Of a DNA stretch of 64,000 nucleotides, positions 30,072-40,947 are shown in pieces. Source of the DNA: Promethearchaeota archaeon (GTDB taxonomy: Archaea > Asgardarchaeota > Lokiarchaeia > Sigyniarchaeales > SOKP01); NCBI GenBank assembly GCA_019057865.1, contig JAHLWP010000010.1, positions 1 to 64,000 of the forward strand, read 5' to 3'. The notes under the pieces are model-generated. The model had not been told where the DNA came from. It searched no databases and saw only the letters and a list, made by a program, of their open reading frames with translations. A program made the position numbers and the translations under genes. How positions within the stretch are numbered: the stretch's first letter is position 1; each line of letters begins with the position of its first letter.

Positions 30072-31565
30072 TCATATTTCTAATCTCAATTTGATTACTT
30101 CAGATATTTTTGAAATATCTACTCTTATTTGATCCATTGTATCCCTGTCTCTAATAGTCACTGAGTTATCATCTAAGGATTCATAATCAATTGTAATACA
30201 ATATGGAGTACCTAATTCATCTTGTCTTCTATATCTTTTACCAATTGAACCTGCAGAATCGAAAAATGAGCCTATACGATTTTCTAATAATTCTCTATGG
30301 ATTTTAATGGCTAGATCTCTTATATTCTCCTTATTTCTCACAAGAGGAAATACAGCTACGGTATTTGGTGCTAATTGTGGGTCTAATTTTAAAAGTATTC
30401 TGCCTTCTTCTACATTAAAAGCGTTTTCAAGCAGAGTATATATAATCCTATCTATACCAAAAGCAATTTCAAGGACTTGCGGAATTTCTTTAATTTTAGG
30501 ATCAGATCCCATACTTACCTCAAAATTTTGTTTCGAAAATTCAGAATGCCTTCTTAAATCATAATCAGTTCTATCATGTATTCCACATATCTCAACCCAC
30601 CCAAATTGTTTTGTTTCAATTTCTAAATCCCAAGCATCGTCAGCATAGTGGGCTCTCTCATTAATAGAATGCTGTCTAAATCTAATTACTTGTTCTGGAA
30701 TGCCTAATATTTTAGTTAAATAATAGCTTACATAAAGACAATAAGCATAAGCAGGTTTTTTGAGAAGTCCTTTTTTAATTGCATTCTCAAGGGAAATTAA
30801 TTGTGGTTTATCAAGGTTTTTTTCTTGGAGCTTCCAATCCAATAGCGGAAGTTTATTGGTTTTAATTTCCTCATAATCTTCAAAATCCATTTCTTGTTGT
30901 TTACTTATAAATAACTGCAGTTCAAACTGATCAAAAGCTCTCATTCGGAGGACTCCTTGTCTTGGAGATATCTCATTTCGATAAACTTTACCAAATTGAT
31001 AAACTTTTATTGGATACTGTCGCCTTGCATCTTGATCTAAACGATTGAATAATAAATAAGTTGTAGTTGCTGTTTCTGGACGTAAATACGCATCTACATT
31101 ATTTCCTACTTGGGTCTTCAACATTAAATTATAACTTTCTATTTTATCAAATGGGGTTCCACATTTTGGGCATGTAAGATTATGCTGCTCTATTAATTTT
31201 TCCATTTCTTCATTGGATAATCCATCAATCATCAGATCTGGCAATTTCTCTTGAAGGAATTTATCCACTCTATATAATGACTCACATTTAGAACACCTTA
31301 TAACAGGATCAATAAATCTCTCCAGATGACCTGAGGCTTCCCAAACTATACTTGGCATAATATGGGGGCACTCAACCTCTCCAAATCCAAAATATCGCAA
31401 TTCTTTCCTAAATAGAGAGAGAATATTATTTTTAAGTTCCATTCCGGCTGGTCCATATGAATAAAATCCAGCTAATCCACCATAAATCTCTGGTGAAGGG
31501 CCCCATATAAAGCCACGCCGCTTAATCAATGAATTAAAGGTCTCAATGTTATCCTCAATCTTCAT
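30072..31565 (-). CDS. glyS: Glycyl-tRNA synthetase (archaeal/eukaryotic alpha2 type)
   Basis: EIYGG, YLRPETA, YRNEISPRQG, ERAHYA, IGKRYRRQDELGTPY. Confidence 0.97.
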   Translation of the reverse strand: MKIEDNIETFNSLIKRRGFIWGPSPEIYGGLAGFYSYGPAGMELKNNILSLFRKELRYFGFGEVECPHIMPSIVWEASGHLERFIDPVIRCSKCESLYRVDKFLQEKLPDLMIDGLSNEEMEKLIEQHNLTCPKCGTPFDKIESYNLMLKTQVGNNVDAYLRPETATTTYLLFNRLDQDARRQYPIKVYQFGKVYRNEISPRQGVLRMRAFDQFELQLFISKQQEMDFEDYEEIKTNKLPLLDWKLQEKNLDKPQLISLENAIKKGLLKKPAYAYCLYVSYYLTKILGIPEQVIRFRQHSINERAHYADDAWDLEIETKQFGWVEICGIHDRTDYDLRRHSEFSKQNFEVSMGSDPKIKEIPQVLEIAFGIDRIIYTLLENAFNVEEGRILLKLDPQLAPNTVAVFPLVRNKENIRDLAIKIHRELLENRIGSFFDSAGSIGKRYRRQDELGTPYCITIDYESLDDNSVTIRDRDTMDQIRVDISKISEVIKLRLEI

Positions 31566-31713
31566 AGTTGATTTTAAAAATCTTTGATAATATTTGTATT
31601 TTAAGAATTCCTTAAATTCAAATTTATAATATAAATTTTTATATAAGTAAAAGATAGTATTAATATACTTTTAAGTTATAATATCAAATTTAATCTGATT
31701 ATAAAATAATAGA

Positions 31714-32574
31714 TTGATGAGTATGATTTTACAAGATTATTTCACAAATTTTACATTCTGGTCATCTATTGAAATGCTTCTTTATGGAATTATTGTTGGT
31801 TACTTTTTCCTATTATTCTTTTACTTCACATTAATAAGATTTCGAACTTCAAAAAAATTGTATTGGCTGTTTTTTAGCCTATTATTTTTATGTTTAGGTA
31901 TTGGAAGAGTTTTTTTCATCATTTATTATTATTATGCTCCAGAATTACATACAGGTACAAATGATCTTGAAGTTGTGTCATTCCTAATGCTTAACTATCG
32001 TTTGGCTACATTCTTCACTTGGATTGGAATTGCATGCGCTGTAGGAGTTTTAGGGATATTATTTTTTCCACCTGATACAGAAATAGAAAAAACGGAAAAT
32101 TCGCTTAAAGACTGGTTTAGAAATAAAAATAGTATTAAAATATTAATTCGAATAGGACTTATTGCGATTCCAGTAATTATTGGAATACTTGCTTTAACAC
32201 TATCAGATCGTCTTTTTATTGATCCTGATTTCTTGGATGATTATCCTCTAATTACTATAGAACCAATAACAGTAAAGATTGGAGCATGGGAATATCCAAT
32301 TGGGAGATTTCTTTTTAATTTTGTGCTCCTACCTTTATTTGTTACTCTTATTCCGTTTATATTCCTCTATTTAGCATGGAAAACTTTTGGAGTACTAAGA
32401 AAATCTTATGCTCTAAATGCTATTGGATTTTTTCTTTACTTCCTTGGAAGAATATTACAAGGAGCTCTTGAAGTAGCTAATCTACCCCATTTAGGAGCTA
32501 TAATGCCTCCATTGATAATATTATTAGCCCTATTAATAATGGTAATAGCTAATAATTACGAACAACTCAAATAG
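31714..32574 (+). CDS. Membrane protein with about 7 TM segments, unknown function
   Basis: Hydrophobic segments. Confidence 0.8.
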   Translation: MMSMILQDYFTNFTFWSSIEMLLYGIIVGYFFLLFFYFTLIRFRTSKKLYWLFFSLLFLCLGIGRVFFIIYYYYAPELHTGTNDLEVVSFLMLNYRLATFFTWIGIACAVGVLGILFFPPDTEIEKTENSLKDWFRNKNSIKILIRIGLIAIPVIIGILALTLSDRLFIDPDFLDDYPLITIEPITVKIGAWEYPIGRFLFNFVLLPLFVTLIPFIFLYLAWKTFGVLRKSYALNAIGFFLYFLGRILQGALEVANLPHLGAIMPPLIILLALLIMVIANNYEQLK

Positions 32575-32795
32575 ATAGATTTTAAAACTTATAATTATTG
32601 AAGTTCTTTTACTCATTCTAGCCTCAATTTTTTACCAGTATCATAGAATCTATAACTAATTTCTAAAATAGCTTTAAAAAACAATTTTTACTCTTAGTAA
32701 AAAAAGAACAAAGTTTTAAAATTGAATCTTTTATAATTAAAATATATTCAAAATTATAAAATAAAGAATAAACATATTTTTAGAAGGTTTTTTTA

Positions 32796-34427
32796 ATGAT
32801 CCACGGAAATCAATATTTATTACCTTTTTTTATTAGAAAAGATATTCACCAACCGGCTATTCAAGAAAATGATGAATTAACTCTTGCATTTTATCTTTTA
32901 TCAAAAGATTTAAAAAAAAATGAAAAAATTCTTTCTTTCTCGAGACTTCTTTGGCCATTATTATGTGTTCAAGGTATTGTTAGTACTCATATAATATTAG
33001 ATGGTTTATTAGTATTTAGTAAGAAAGATAAGTTCTCGAATCCACCACGCCAACCATTAATAGGACATCTTTTAAGAAATATTGATAATAGAACAAAAAC
33101 AGAACAATTGAATAAATTAATAGAAGTATTAACATATAAGGATATCGAAGCGGAAAAGATTGGAGAAACTGAAGAATCTGAATACCGTACGCTCATTATA
33201 AATGGCTTAACTAATCCAGAATTTCTTCACGCTTTAATAAAAATAATTCCCCTTATAGAATATAAACCTATTACTGAATATACTGTTTTAGATACTAGTA
33301 TTACTACAGAAGGCGCTTTAGGCATTGCAGAGCAATATCGCAATTTAATAAATACAATGAAAGGTAATTCATTAAGGTGGAAAACTCAAATTGAGTTAAT
33401 TGGAAAAGAGGCTGAAAAATGGCTTATAGATCTAAATGTACAACTTAAGGATATTAAATTACGTTATTCTAGTCAAATAAGTAAAACAACATCGGCAATA
33501 GATCCAACTCAGATTGATCAACAAGTAAAATTCGAACAAGATAAAATTGATCAATGGAATGTAAATGAGAAAAAGAAAGTAATTGAAAGCATTTCAACTC
33601 TATTTAGAACTGCAGAACGTCATTTGGAGGAGATGGTTAAAAAAAATAAATTCTTTAGTCATGGAGATACTTTAAAATCTAGAGTTTTCAAGGATATTTT
33701 ACCTCATTTTGAAAATCATTTTACTTACTTAAATGAAGAAGGTCAAAAATTTATAGATTCATTAGAAAGTCTAAACCAAAGATTTATTGAGCTAAAAGAA
33801 CGGACGATTCAAATAGATAACGAAGCACATCGCAAATTAGAAAGTATTAAAGAGTCTTTGGATAAGAAATTAAAAGATAGAAATAAACTATTAACTGAAT
33901 TTCAAAACGAGAAAGAAGAAAATATTTCTAAATTAGAGCTTTTAAAAAATAAAATTGAAAAATCTTTTGAAAATATTAAAGAAATTATACAAATTAAACA
34001 AGATAATTGTTTGCATGAAGTTCAAGCTTTAGCAGGATGGGCTTTAAATGATGATCAATCAGAATTGTTTTCTAGGCCAATACAATGGATTTATATGCCT
34101 GTTTATGCCATGTTTATCGAGGATGAAGGTAAAATGGAAGAATATATGAATATTGTTTTTCCAGGTTTTATCCGAAGTGATCCTAATAATATTTATGAAC
34201 CCGTCTCTGATGCTTTTACCCGCTTAAAAAATACATTAATTAAAAGACTTGAAGATGATATGGCTATTAGGTCTAACTTTGAATTTTCATGCGAAAGGAA
34301 AAATTTGATTAAAGATCCAAATCTCAAGAAAATAATTCAAATAGGCATTTCTAAATTAAGGAACAAACTTTTCATAAATGATTTAATTGAAAGTAAAATA
34401 CGAGAGAACATCTCATTTTTACCCTAA
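32796..34427 (+). CDS. Hypothetical protein with long central coiled coil
   Basis: 543-aa ORF with heptad-like E/K/L-rich centre. Confidence 0.8.
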   Translation: MIHGNQYLLPFFIRKDIHQPAIQENDELTLAFYLLSKDLKKNEKILSFSRLLWPLLCVQGIVSTHIILDGLLVFSKKDKFSNPPRQPLIGHLLRNIDNRTKTEQLNKLIEVLTYKDIEAEKIGETEESEYRTLIINGLTNPEFLHALIKIIPLIEYKPITEYTVLDTSITTEGALGIAEQYRNLINTMKGNSLRWKTQIELIGKEAEKWLIDLNVQLKDIKLRYSSQISKTTSAIDPTQIDQQVKFEQDKIDQWNVNEKKKVIESISTLFRTAERHLEEMVKKNKFFSHGDTLKSRVFKDILPHFENHFTYLNEEGQKFIDSLESLNQRFIELKERTIQIDNEAHRKLESIKESLDKKLKDRNKLLTEFQNEKEENISKLELLKNKIEKSFENIKEIIQIKQDNCLHEVQALAGWALNDDQSELFSRPIQWIYMPVYAMFIEDEGKMEEYMNIVFPGFIRSDPNNIYEPVSDAFTRLKNTLIKRLEDDMAIRSNFEFSCERKNLIKDPNLKKIIQIGISKLRNKLFINDLIESKIRENISFLP

Positions 34428-34449
34428 ATCTTAAATTTTTTCTTAAATC

Positions 34450-35136
34450 ATGCCAGGATCAAAAATAGACATCAAAAATAGATTAGATCTAAAAAAGAAA
34501 AGGATTAGAGCTTTTTTTCTTTCTATAGAAGCAAAAAGAAAACGTAAAGAAGGATTAGATAAAACAGCAGAGGAAATATATCGAGACGGAATGATTTATG
34601 TTCAAATGAGACTTCCCGTTGATAAAATCACTAAAGAATTTGAAGATGAATTAAAGTACAAAATTGATCACAACATTATTCATGCAAGCATACGCGAGGC
34701 TAACACTAGTGATCTTGATAGCATTAAGAATTTATATAATAAAAGTTGGTTAACATCCAATACTCCTTTTAGACCCATAACAAAAACATCTTTATTACAA
34801 ATTTTTGAAGACCCAGATACAGTATTTTTAATTTGTAAAGTGTATAGCAAAGAGGCTGCTTTTGTGATTCTTGATTTTGAAGGAGAAAATAAAGAATGTG
34901 CAGTAATTGCCGCTTTAGCAGTATTGCCTCGTTTTCAAAGAAGAGGGCTTGGAACGATATTAGGGATGGCTACATGGAATTATCTTAAGGAAAATTATAA
35001 ACATGTTAAAGAACTTAAATGTGAAGTTTATAAAGATAATATAGTTTCCTATTCCTTTATCAAATGGATAGGATTTGAAGAATATGGAACTAAGGCATAT
35101 AAGAAGGAAGATTTTCATATTGACGATAATGGATAG
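34450..35136 (+). CDS. GNAT acetyltransferase (paralog 1)
   Basis: AVLPRFQRRGLGT, GFEE. Confidence 0.9.
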   Translation: MPGSKIDIKNRLDLKKKRIRAFFLSIEAKRKRKEGLDKTAEEIYRDGMIYVQMRLPVDKITKEFEDELKYKIDHNIIHASIREANTSDLDSIKNLYNKSWLTSNTPFRPITKTSLLQIFEDPDTVFLICKVYSKEAAFVILDFEGENKECAVIAALAVLPRFQRRGLGTILGMATWNYLKENYKHVKELKCEVYKDNIVSYSFIKWIGFEEYGTKAYKKEDFHIDDNG

Positions 35137-35202
35137 TAAACCTTTTTTGTTATAATTAAGTCTATTTCATAAAATGTTGTTTTTACTTTTTAATAGATTA
35201 TC

Positions 35203-35859
35203 ATGTCTGAATCAAAATTAAGTTTAAAAAAGAAAAGAATTAGAAGCTTTTTCTTAACTTATAAAAAATCTTCTGAAAGCAAAGAAGATATGCAAGATGA
35301 ACTAATCAATGTTGGTTTAAAGTACATCCAAATGAGGTTACCCATTGAAAAAATTACCCCTGATTTTGAACTTAAAATAAAAGAAAAGGTTGAGCATAAT
35401 ATACTTCGTGCAAAGATCAGAGAAGCTAAATTAGAAGATTTGGAAAATGTAAGATATATTTATAATCGTGCATGGCTTAGTAGTAATGAACCGTATTCAC
35501 CTATTACGGTTGAGGCTTTAAAAGATATCTATAACTATCACGATACTGTTATTTTTATAGCAAAAGTATATGGTACTGATGCTGGATTCATAATTTTAGA
35601 TAGAGAAGGACCAAATAAGGAATATGGAGTAATATGTGGTCTGGGAGTAGATCTTCGTCATCAAAGGAAGGGGCTTGGAACTGTGCTTGGGCTTGAAGCG
35701 TGGAATTTCTTCAAAGAAAAAGGCGTGACTGAGCTTCGTTGTGAGGTTTATGAAAAGAATTCTGCTTCACAATTTTTTATTAATTCTGTGGGATTTGAAG
35801 AGTTTGGAGTTAAAGTTTATAAAAGAAATGATTTTACATTAGAGGAAGAATTAGAATAA
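35203..35859 (+). CDS. GNAT acetyltransferase (paralog 2)
   Basis: GVDLRHQRKGLGT, GFEE; colinear with paralog 1. Confidence 0.9.
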   Translation: MSESKLSLKKKRIRSFFLTYKKSSESKEDMQDELINVGLKYIQMRLPIEKITPDFELKIKEKVEHNILRAKIREAKLEDLENVRYIYNRAWLSSNEPYSPITVEALKDIYNYHDTVIFIAKVYGTDAGFIILDREGPNKEYGVICGLGVDLRHQRKGLGTVLGLEAWNFFKEKGVTELRCEVYEKNSASQFFINSVGFEEFGVKVYKRNDFTLEEELE

Positions 35860-35864
35860 ATCCG

Positions 35865-37316
35865 TTAATCATCATAACTAAATTTTGGTTCAGATATAGA
35901 ATTAATTTTCTCATTTACTATATTCTCATTATAATCATCCTGAAGCTCTTTATAATAGTTTTTTGCTCTTTGTAAATTAACTAAAGCTAACTCAATCTCT
36001 CCTTTTTTTATAGCAATATCTCCTAAAGTTTGAAAAATATCTGCGCATTCTTTAAAATATTCTAAAGCTTCAAAAATCTCTAATGCGCTTTCAAAATTTT
36101 TAATTGCTTCTGAATTATTGTCAAGAAAATCTAAATATAATTGAGCTATAGCTGTTTTTAAATCAGCAATCTTAGATTTATCACCATATTTATCATAAAT
36201 TTCAATAGAATAATTATAATATTCAATTGATTTAAGATACTCCTCTTTTAATACATATAATTTTGCAAGATTTTCCAAAATTATCCCTTCTTTAATATCT
36301 TCTGCGATTTCGAAAATTCTAACTGCTTCAAGACTTTTTAATAATAAACTTTCGGCTTCGAAAGTGTTTTTCCTTAAAAGATGTAATTTTCCAAGATAAA
36401 GAAAACATTCCCACTCAAGTTTTGCTTTAATAAAAATTGAACCCTTATCTTCTATTCTATTTATTAAGCCTAATGCATTATTTAAACTTTGAAAGGCTCG
36501 ATCATAATCTTCTCCTAGAATATAGTAAAATTTTCCATATTTAATATGAGTTTGAATCATCCCATAGATATCTTCTCTTTCTTTAAAAAATTTAGAATTT
36601 CTTGATAAAATTTTTTTAATTCTCTCTGCATCCTTTAACATCAAAAGGACTTCAACTAAATTACTGGCTGATTTTATCTCTTCAGTGATTAGATCGTTTT
36701 GCTCTGAAAGATTAAGCGCTTCCTGGTAATATTTATAAGAATGTTCCAAATCGTTAATTAAATAATATATATTTCCTAAATTGTTTAAAGTTTTGATAGC
36801 CTTTTTATATTCATTTATCTCTTTAAGAATTTCTAAAGCTCTATTAAAATGATAAATGGCTTGATCAAAAAATCCAAGATCTTCTTGAATTATCCCAATT
36901 TCATTATAGCAAATAGCCTCATTGAGTAAATCCTTTTCTTCTTTAAAATTTTCTGAAGCCAATTCAAGATTTTTTAGGGCACTAGGCAAATCTCTTTTTT
37001 TATAATATAGACTAGATTTTTCTAATAATAAAGAACCTGGTATAGGATCTCCCATAGCTTCTTTCTCTTTTAATATTTCATTAACTTTCTGAATCTTTCG
37101 CTCAATTTCCTCATCGTTAATAATGATATTGTCATAATATTTATAAGATTCTTCTAGCTCTTCTAAATCAGAACTAGAGTGCAACGGTTCAATATAAGGA
37201 TGTTTTAAACTTCTGCTTAAATCATTTTCGATATTGGTGATTAATGGCTTATTACAATTATGACAATATTTCCAATGATCCTCAATATATTTTTTACAAT
37301 AAGGGCAAGTTCTCAT
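35865..37316 (-). CDS. Zinc-ribbon plus TPR protein
   Basis: N-terminal CPYC...CHNC, then TPR repeats. Confidence 0.88.
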   Translation of the reverse strand: MRTCPYCKKYIEDHWKYCHNCNKPLITNIENDLSRSLKHPYIEPLHSSSDLEELEESYKYYDNIIINDEEIERKIQKVNEILKEKEAMGDPIPGSLLLEKSSLYYKKRDLPSALKNLELASENFKEEKDLLNEAICYNEIGIIQEDLGFFDQAIYHFNRALEILKEINEYKKAIKTLNNLGNIYYLINDLEHSYKYYQEALNLSEQNDLITEEIKSASNLVEVLLMLKDAERIKKILSRNSKFFKEREDIYGMIQTHIKYGKFYYILGEDYDRAFQSLNNALGLINRIEDKGSIFIKAKLEWECFLYLGKLHLLRKNTFEAESLLLKSLEAVRIFEIAEDIKEGIILENLAKLYVLKEEYLKSIEYYNYSIEIYDKYGDKSKIADLKTAIAQLYLDFLDNNSEAIKNFESALEIFEALEYFKECADIFQTLGDIAIKKGEIELALVNLQRAKNYYKELQDDYNENIVNEKINSISEPKFSYDD

Positions 37317-37575
37317 AGAAATTCGAAAAAATCAATTATAACTTTTCAAAATTTCTTTAATTTAAAATGAAAATTACCTTATTTATAATTATTTAGTTAT
37401 AATTTTGAGAAATTGCATATAATGCTATTTACTTATTTAAAAATCAATGTTGAATAATTTTTCGAATCGTCAATGTTTCTTTCAAGAATTTGTGAAATTT
37501 ACATTATGATGTAAGAAAAAATAAAAAGGATCACTTTTTTAAAGATAGAAACGATATAAAAAAAATTGGTAAATC

Positions 37576-37731
37576 ATGGATAGTAAATTATTTAAAAAAA
37601 CATATCAGTATGTTTGTGGCTCTTGTGGAGAATTTACTCATACTTTAACTGAATTCTGCGAAAAATGTGGTGAGAAGTCACTTAGGAAAGCTAAGAAAGA
37701 TGATTATAAGAAGTTAAAACATCCTAAATAG
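37576..37731 (+). CDS. Small zinc-ribbon protein, 51 aa
   Basis: Manual translation MDSKLFKKTYQYVCGSCGEFTHTLTEFCEKCGEKSLRKAKKDDYKKLKHPK (CxxC-x10-CxxC). Confidence 0.75.
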   Translation: MDSKLFKKTYQYVCGSCGEFTHTLTEFCEKCGEKSLRKAKKDDYKKLKHPK

Positions 37732-37822
37732 ACTATTTTAGTTTACACGGAAAAAGGAGCTTCTTTCATGAAATTTTGAAAAAACTGAACAAGAGTTTAA
37801 CTACAAAAGCATCGGAGATAAA

Positions 37823-38746
37823 TTATTTTACTTTTTTCCGACTTTCCTCATATTTCTTTAAATCATCAAAGATGTCTTTATCCTGTAATCCAAGTGATTG
37901 CAACAGAATCCGCAATTGGATTATAGCGTTATTTGCCTTTATTTTCTCAGCTAAGTGTAAAGCTCTTATATATTGGTTTTTGGCTTCTTTTATCTTTCCA
38001 ATATAGAATAATGTTTCACCTACGTAACCTAAACCTCTAATGATTAATTCAGCATAATTGCTGTCAATAGCAATGTTTGTTCCTTTTTTGAAATACCTTA
38101 TTGCCTTTAGTTTATTATCTTTTTTTCTAATAATTCCTAAATTAAAATATGAAGTTATTATTCCACGATTATCTCTAAGTTCCTTAAAAGCTTTTAAAGT
38201 TTTTTTATATAGCTCGAAAACGATATCCCATTCTTCACTTTTTTCATGAATAAAGATTAAATTTCCTAAACAATCCAATAAATTATAAATATCATTATTA
38301 TCTGAGCATATTGCGCTACAATCTAAAAATATGTCGCATGCTTCCTCCAATTTATTTAATTTAATTAAACTATTTCCAATTCCTTTCGAACATGCAATCT
38401 GTTCTTGGACCTGTTTTAATTCCTTGTAAATTTCATACGCTTTTTCATAAAATTCTAAGGATTTTAAATAATCATTTTTTTTAAAATATAAAGTAGCTAA
38501 TACTCCATAGACGGCAGCTTGTCCGAATCTATCTTTATGTTTTTTAAAATGCTTTAAACAAGTTAAATAATTGATTTCAGAATCAATATATCGCCCTAAT
38601 TGTAATTGTATAAGAGCAATATCGCCCAACTCCTTCATATAATTCGAATCTTTGCCAATTCGCTCTATTTCTCTCAGATTTTCCAGTTTTTTATTTAATA
38701 AATCTTGTAAATCCTCTTTATTAAGCTCTGTTTCATTTTCAGTCAT
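37823..38746 (-). CDS. TPR-repeat protein
   Basis: TPR_12-like repeats. Confidence 0.85.
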   Translation of the reverse strand: MTENETELNKEDLQDLLNKKLENLREIERIGKDSNYMKELGDIALIQLQLGRYIDSEINYLTCLKHFKKHKDRFGQAAVYGVLATLYFKKNDYLKSLEFYEKAYEIYKELKQVQEQIACSKGIGNSLIKLNKLEEACDIFLDCSAICSDNNDIYNLLDCLGNLIFIHEKSEEWDIVFELYKKTLKAFKELRDNRGIITSYFNLGIIRKKDNKLKAIRYFKKGTNIAIDSNYAELIIRGLGYVGETLFYIGKIKEAKNQYIRALHLAEKIKANNAIIQLRILLQSLGLQDKDIFDDLKKYEESRKKVK

Positions 38747-39000
38747 AGAAATTCTTTATAAATTGTAATTCCTTTTTTTAATTTCCTCATAATATTTCTT
38801 CTAAAACTTCTGCTGCGTTCTTCACATACTGGAGACATTTTTTTTCAAAAAATTCATTTTGATTGTAATAGTTTTTACCTTCTTCTTCTTCGACTATTTC
38901 GGAAATTATAATCTAAATCTATAAGAAATATAAAATTTCTTATCTATTATATATTTAGAGATACAAATACAAAAAAATTAATCTAAATAAGGTTGTTTTC

Positions 39001-40092
39001 TTGAAATTTAAAGCAAGATTATATGAATCCCTTGATGATAAGAAAGTTAAATGCCATGTATGTGCAAATGAATGTATTATAATGCCAGAGAAAGTTGGGA
39101 TTTGTAGGACTCGAAAAAATTTTGATGGAAAATTATATACTTTAATTTATGGCTCAATGATCTCTTCTGGAAGTTTAGATCCAATTGAAAAGAAACCACT
39201 TTATAATTTCTGGCCTGGGGCAACAGCATACTCGATTGCATCAATAGGGTGTTCATTTAAATGCCAGAACTGCCAGAACTGGTCTATCTCACAGGCGAAC
39301 CCAACAGACAATGGAAAAAATGGTTTTTACGATTTAGAAGGATATAAGAATCGTGGGATGTCCTTAGTCGAAATGACTCCTGAACAACTTGAAAAACGAG
39401 TTGTAAAAAGCGGAGCAAAAACTCTAGCTTATACTTATAATGAACCATTAATATGGCATGAATGGATTATGGATACTGTTCCACTACTTAAACAACATGA
39501 AATTAAAACTCTATTGGTAACTAATGGATACTCTACTCCTGAAGCCTCAAAAGAATTGATTGAGGTAGGAATTGATGCTGCAAATATTGACATAAAGGCT
39601 ATGTCAGATGATTTTTATAAAAAAATATGTGGAGTAAAATCAGTACAACCTGTTTTAGATACTGCTAAAAGATTCAAAGACAATGACATTCATGTAGAAG
39701 TTACTAATCTAATAATCCCTGAATTAAATGATAGTAGAGAAGATATTAAAAAATTATGCGAATGGATAGTTAAGAATTTGGGAAAGAATACTCCTTTACA
39801 TTTTTCAGCATATCATCCAGATTTTAGAATGCCCTCTAAGAAACGAACTCCTTATGAAACTTTAGATATGGCTTATAAAATCGCAAAAGATGTGGGATTA
39901 TTCTTTCCTTACGTTGGAAATATAAGACATGACGACGGTAGTAACACTTATTGTCCTAATTGTGGTTATTTATTGTTAGGTCGTTCTGGATATATGTTTA
40001 CAAAAATCGATGTTAATGAAAATAATACATGCCCTAATTGTGGATATAACTTACTTAATGATATTATTGGAGAAATAAATAAAAAACCATAA
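39001..40092 (+). CDS. amrS: AmmeMemoRadiSam system radical SAM enzyme
   Basis: CHVCANEC, DPIEKKPL, GCSFKCQNCQNW.ISQ, YTYNEP, TYCPNCG. Confidence 0.92.
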   Translation: MKFKARLYESLDDKKVKCHVCANECIIMPEKVGICRTRKNFDGKLYTLIYGSMISSGSLDPIEKKPLYNFWPGATAYSIASIGCSFKCQNCQNWSISQANPTDNGKNGFYDLEGYKNRGMSLVEMTPEQLEKRVVKSGAKTLAYTYNEPLIWHEWIMDTVPLLKQHEIKTLLVTNGYSTPEASKELIEVGIDAANIDIKAMSDDFYKKICGVKSVQPVLDTAKRFKDNDIHVEVTNLIIPELNDSREDIKKLCEWIVKNLGKNTPLHFSAYHPDFRMPSKKRTPYETLDMAYKIAKDVGLFFPYVGNIRHDDGSNTYCPNCGYLLLGRSGYMFTKIDVNENNTCPNCGYNLLNDIIGEINKKP

Positions 40093-40162
40093 AAGTATGC
40101 AAGGGTAACTTGTAGACTTATATAATTACTTTAAATATAAAAATAAAAAAATTAATTTAGAA

Positions 40163-40834
40163 TTAAAATACTCCAGAAATTGAAACGCCGAAAACTAATA
40201 ATAGAAATGCTTGTAAAAAACAGAAAGCAGCAACAATTACAGCGAGAGGAGGCCAAGAAAGGGCTTTTGAAACAGCCATAAATCCAGAAGTATAAAATTT
40301 TATGATAAGAGCGATTATTGCGAATATAATTATGAACACAATGAATAAGAACAATCGAAAGTTTATAAAAGCGCCAATAACTTGTTCAACCTCAGGTGGG
40401 AGTACAAGTGTAATAATTATTAAAACAGCTGAAGCAGCAACAAGACCAAATAAACTAGCAAGTGGAAGATCATTTCCAGGTTTCACAAATGCTAAAATTC
40501 CTAAAACGATTAACATTATTGCTGTGAAAATATTAACTGCATTTTCAGTTACATCTTCGTATCTATTAGTTGGTGGGCGATCAAACATCAGTTCTGCAGC
40601 TCCTGTCAAAATGGTAAATAATCCAACAAGAAAGCCCAAATAGGTTAAACCCTTGAGGAACTTAGTTATATCAAAATCCCATTCCTCCGACTTTCTTGTC
40701 TTAAATGAGCCTCTTCTTTTAGTTTCATATGCAACGTAAATTGACCAAATTATCCCCAGAATCAGCATAAATAAACCTCCAAATTCTGCAAGAGGTTTCA
40801 AAAAATCATCTGTAAAATCCCAATTAAAAATCAA
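40163..40834 (-). CDS. Membrane protein with about 6 TM segments
   Basis: Hydrophobic segments; TTG start. Confidence 0.8.
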   Translation of the reverse strand: MIFNWDFTDDFLKPLAEFGGLFMLILGIIWSIYVAYETKRRGSFKTRKSEEWDFDITKFLKGLTYLGFLVGLFTILTGAAELMFDRPPTNRYEDVTENAVNIFTAIMLIVLGILAFVKPGNDLPLASLFGLVAASAVLIIITLVLPPEVEQVIGAFINFRLFLFIVFIIIFAIIALIIKFYTSGFMAVSKALSWPPLAVIVAAFCFLQAFLLLVFGVSISGVF

Positions 40835-40947
40835 TTTATTTCACACTTTAATTTAATTTTGGATAAATTATTATAATGAATATATAAAACATAATTTAAT
40901 AAAAATATGTAGTCCAATATTTCAAAAATAAAAAAGAAAGTGAATTA

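Noticed and set aside
38787-38912. Short minus-strand frame ending KCLQYVKNAAEVLEEIL, reminiscent of C-GCAxxG-C-C protein C-termini
   Set aside because: Too short and lacks a standard start; cannot be supported without a search.
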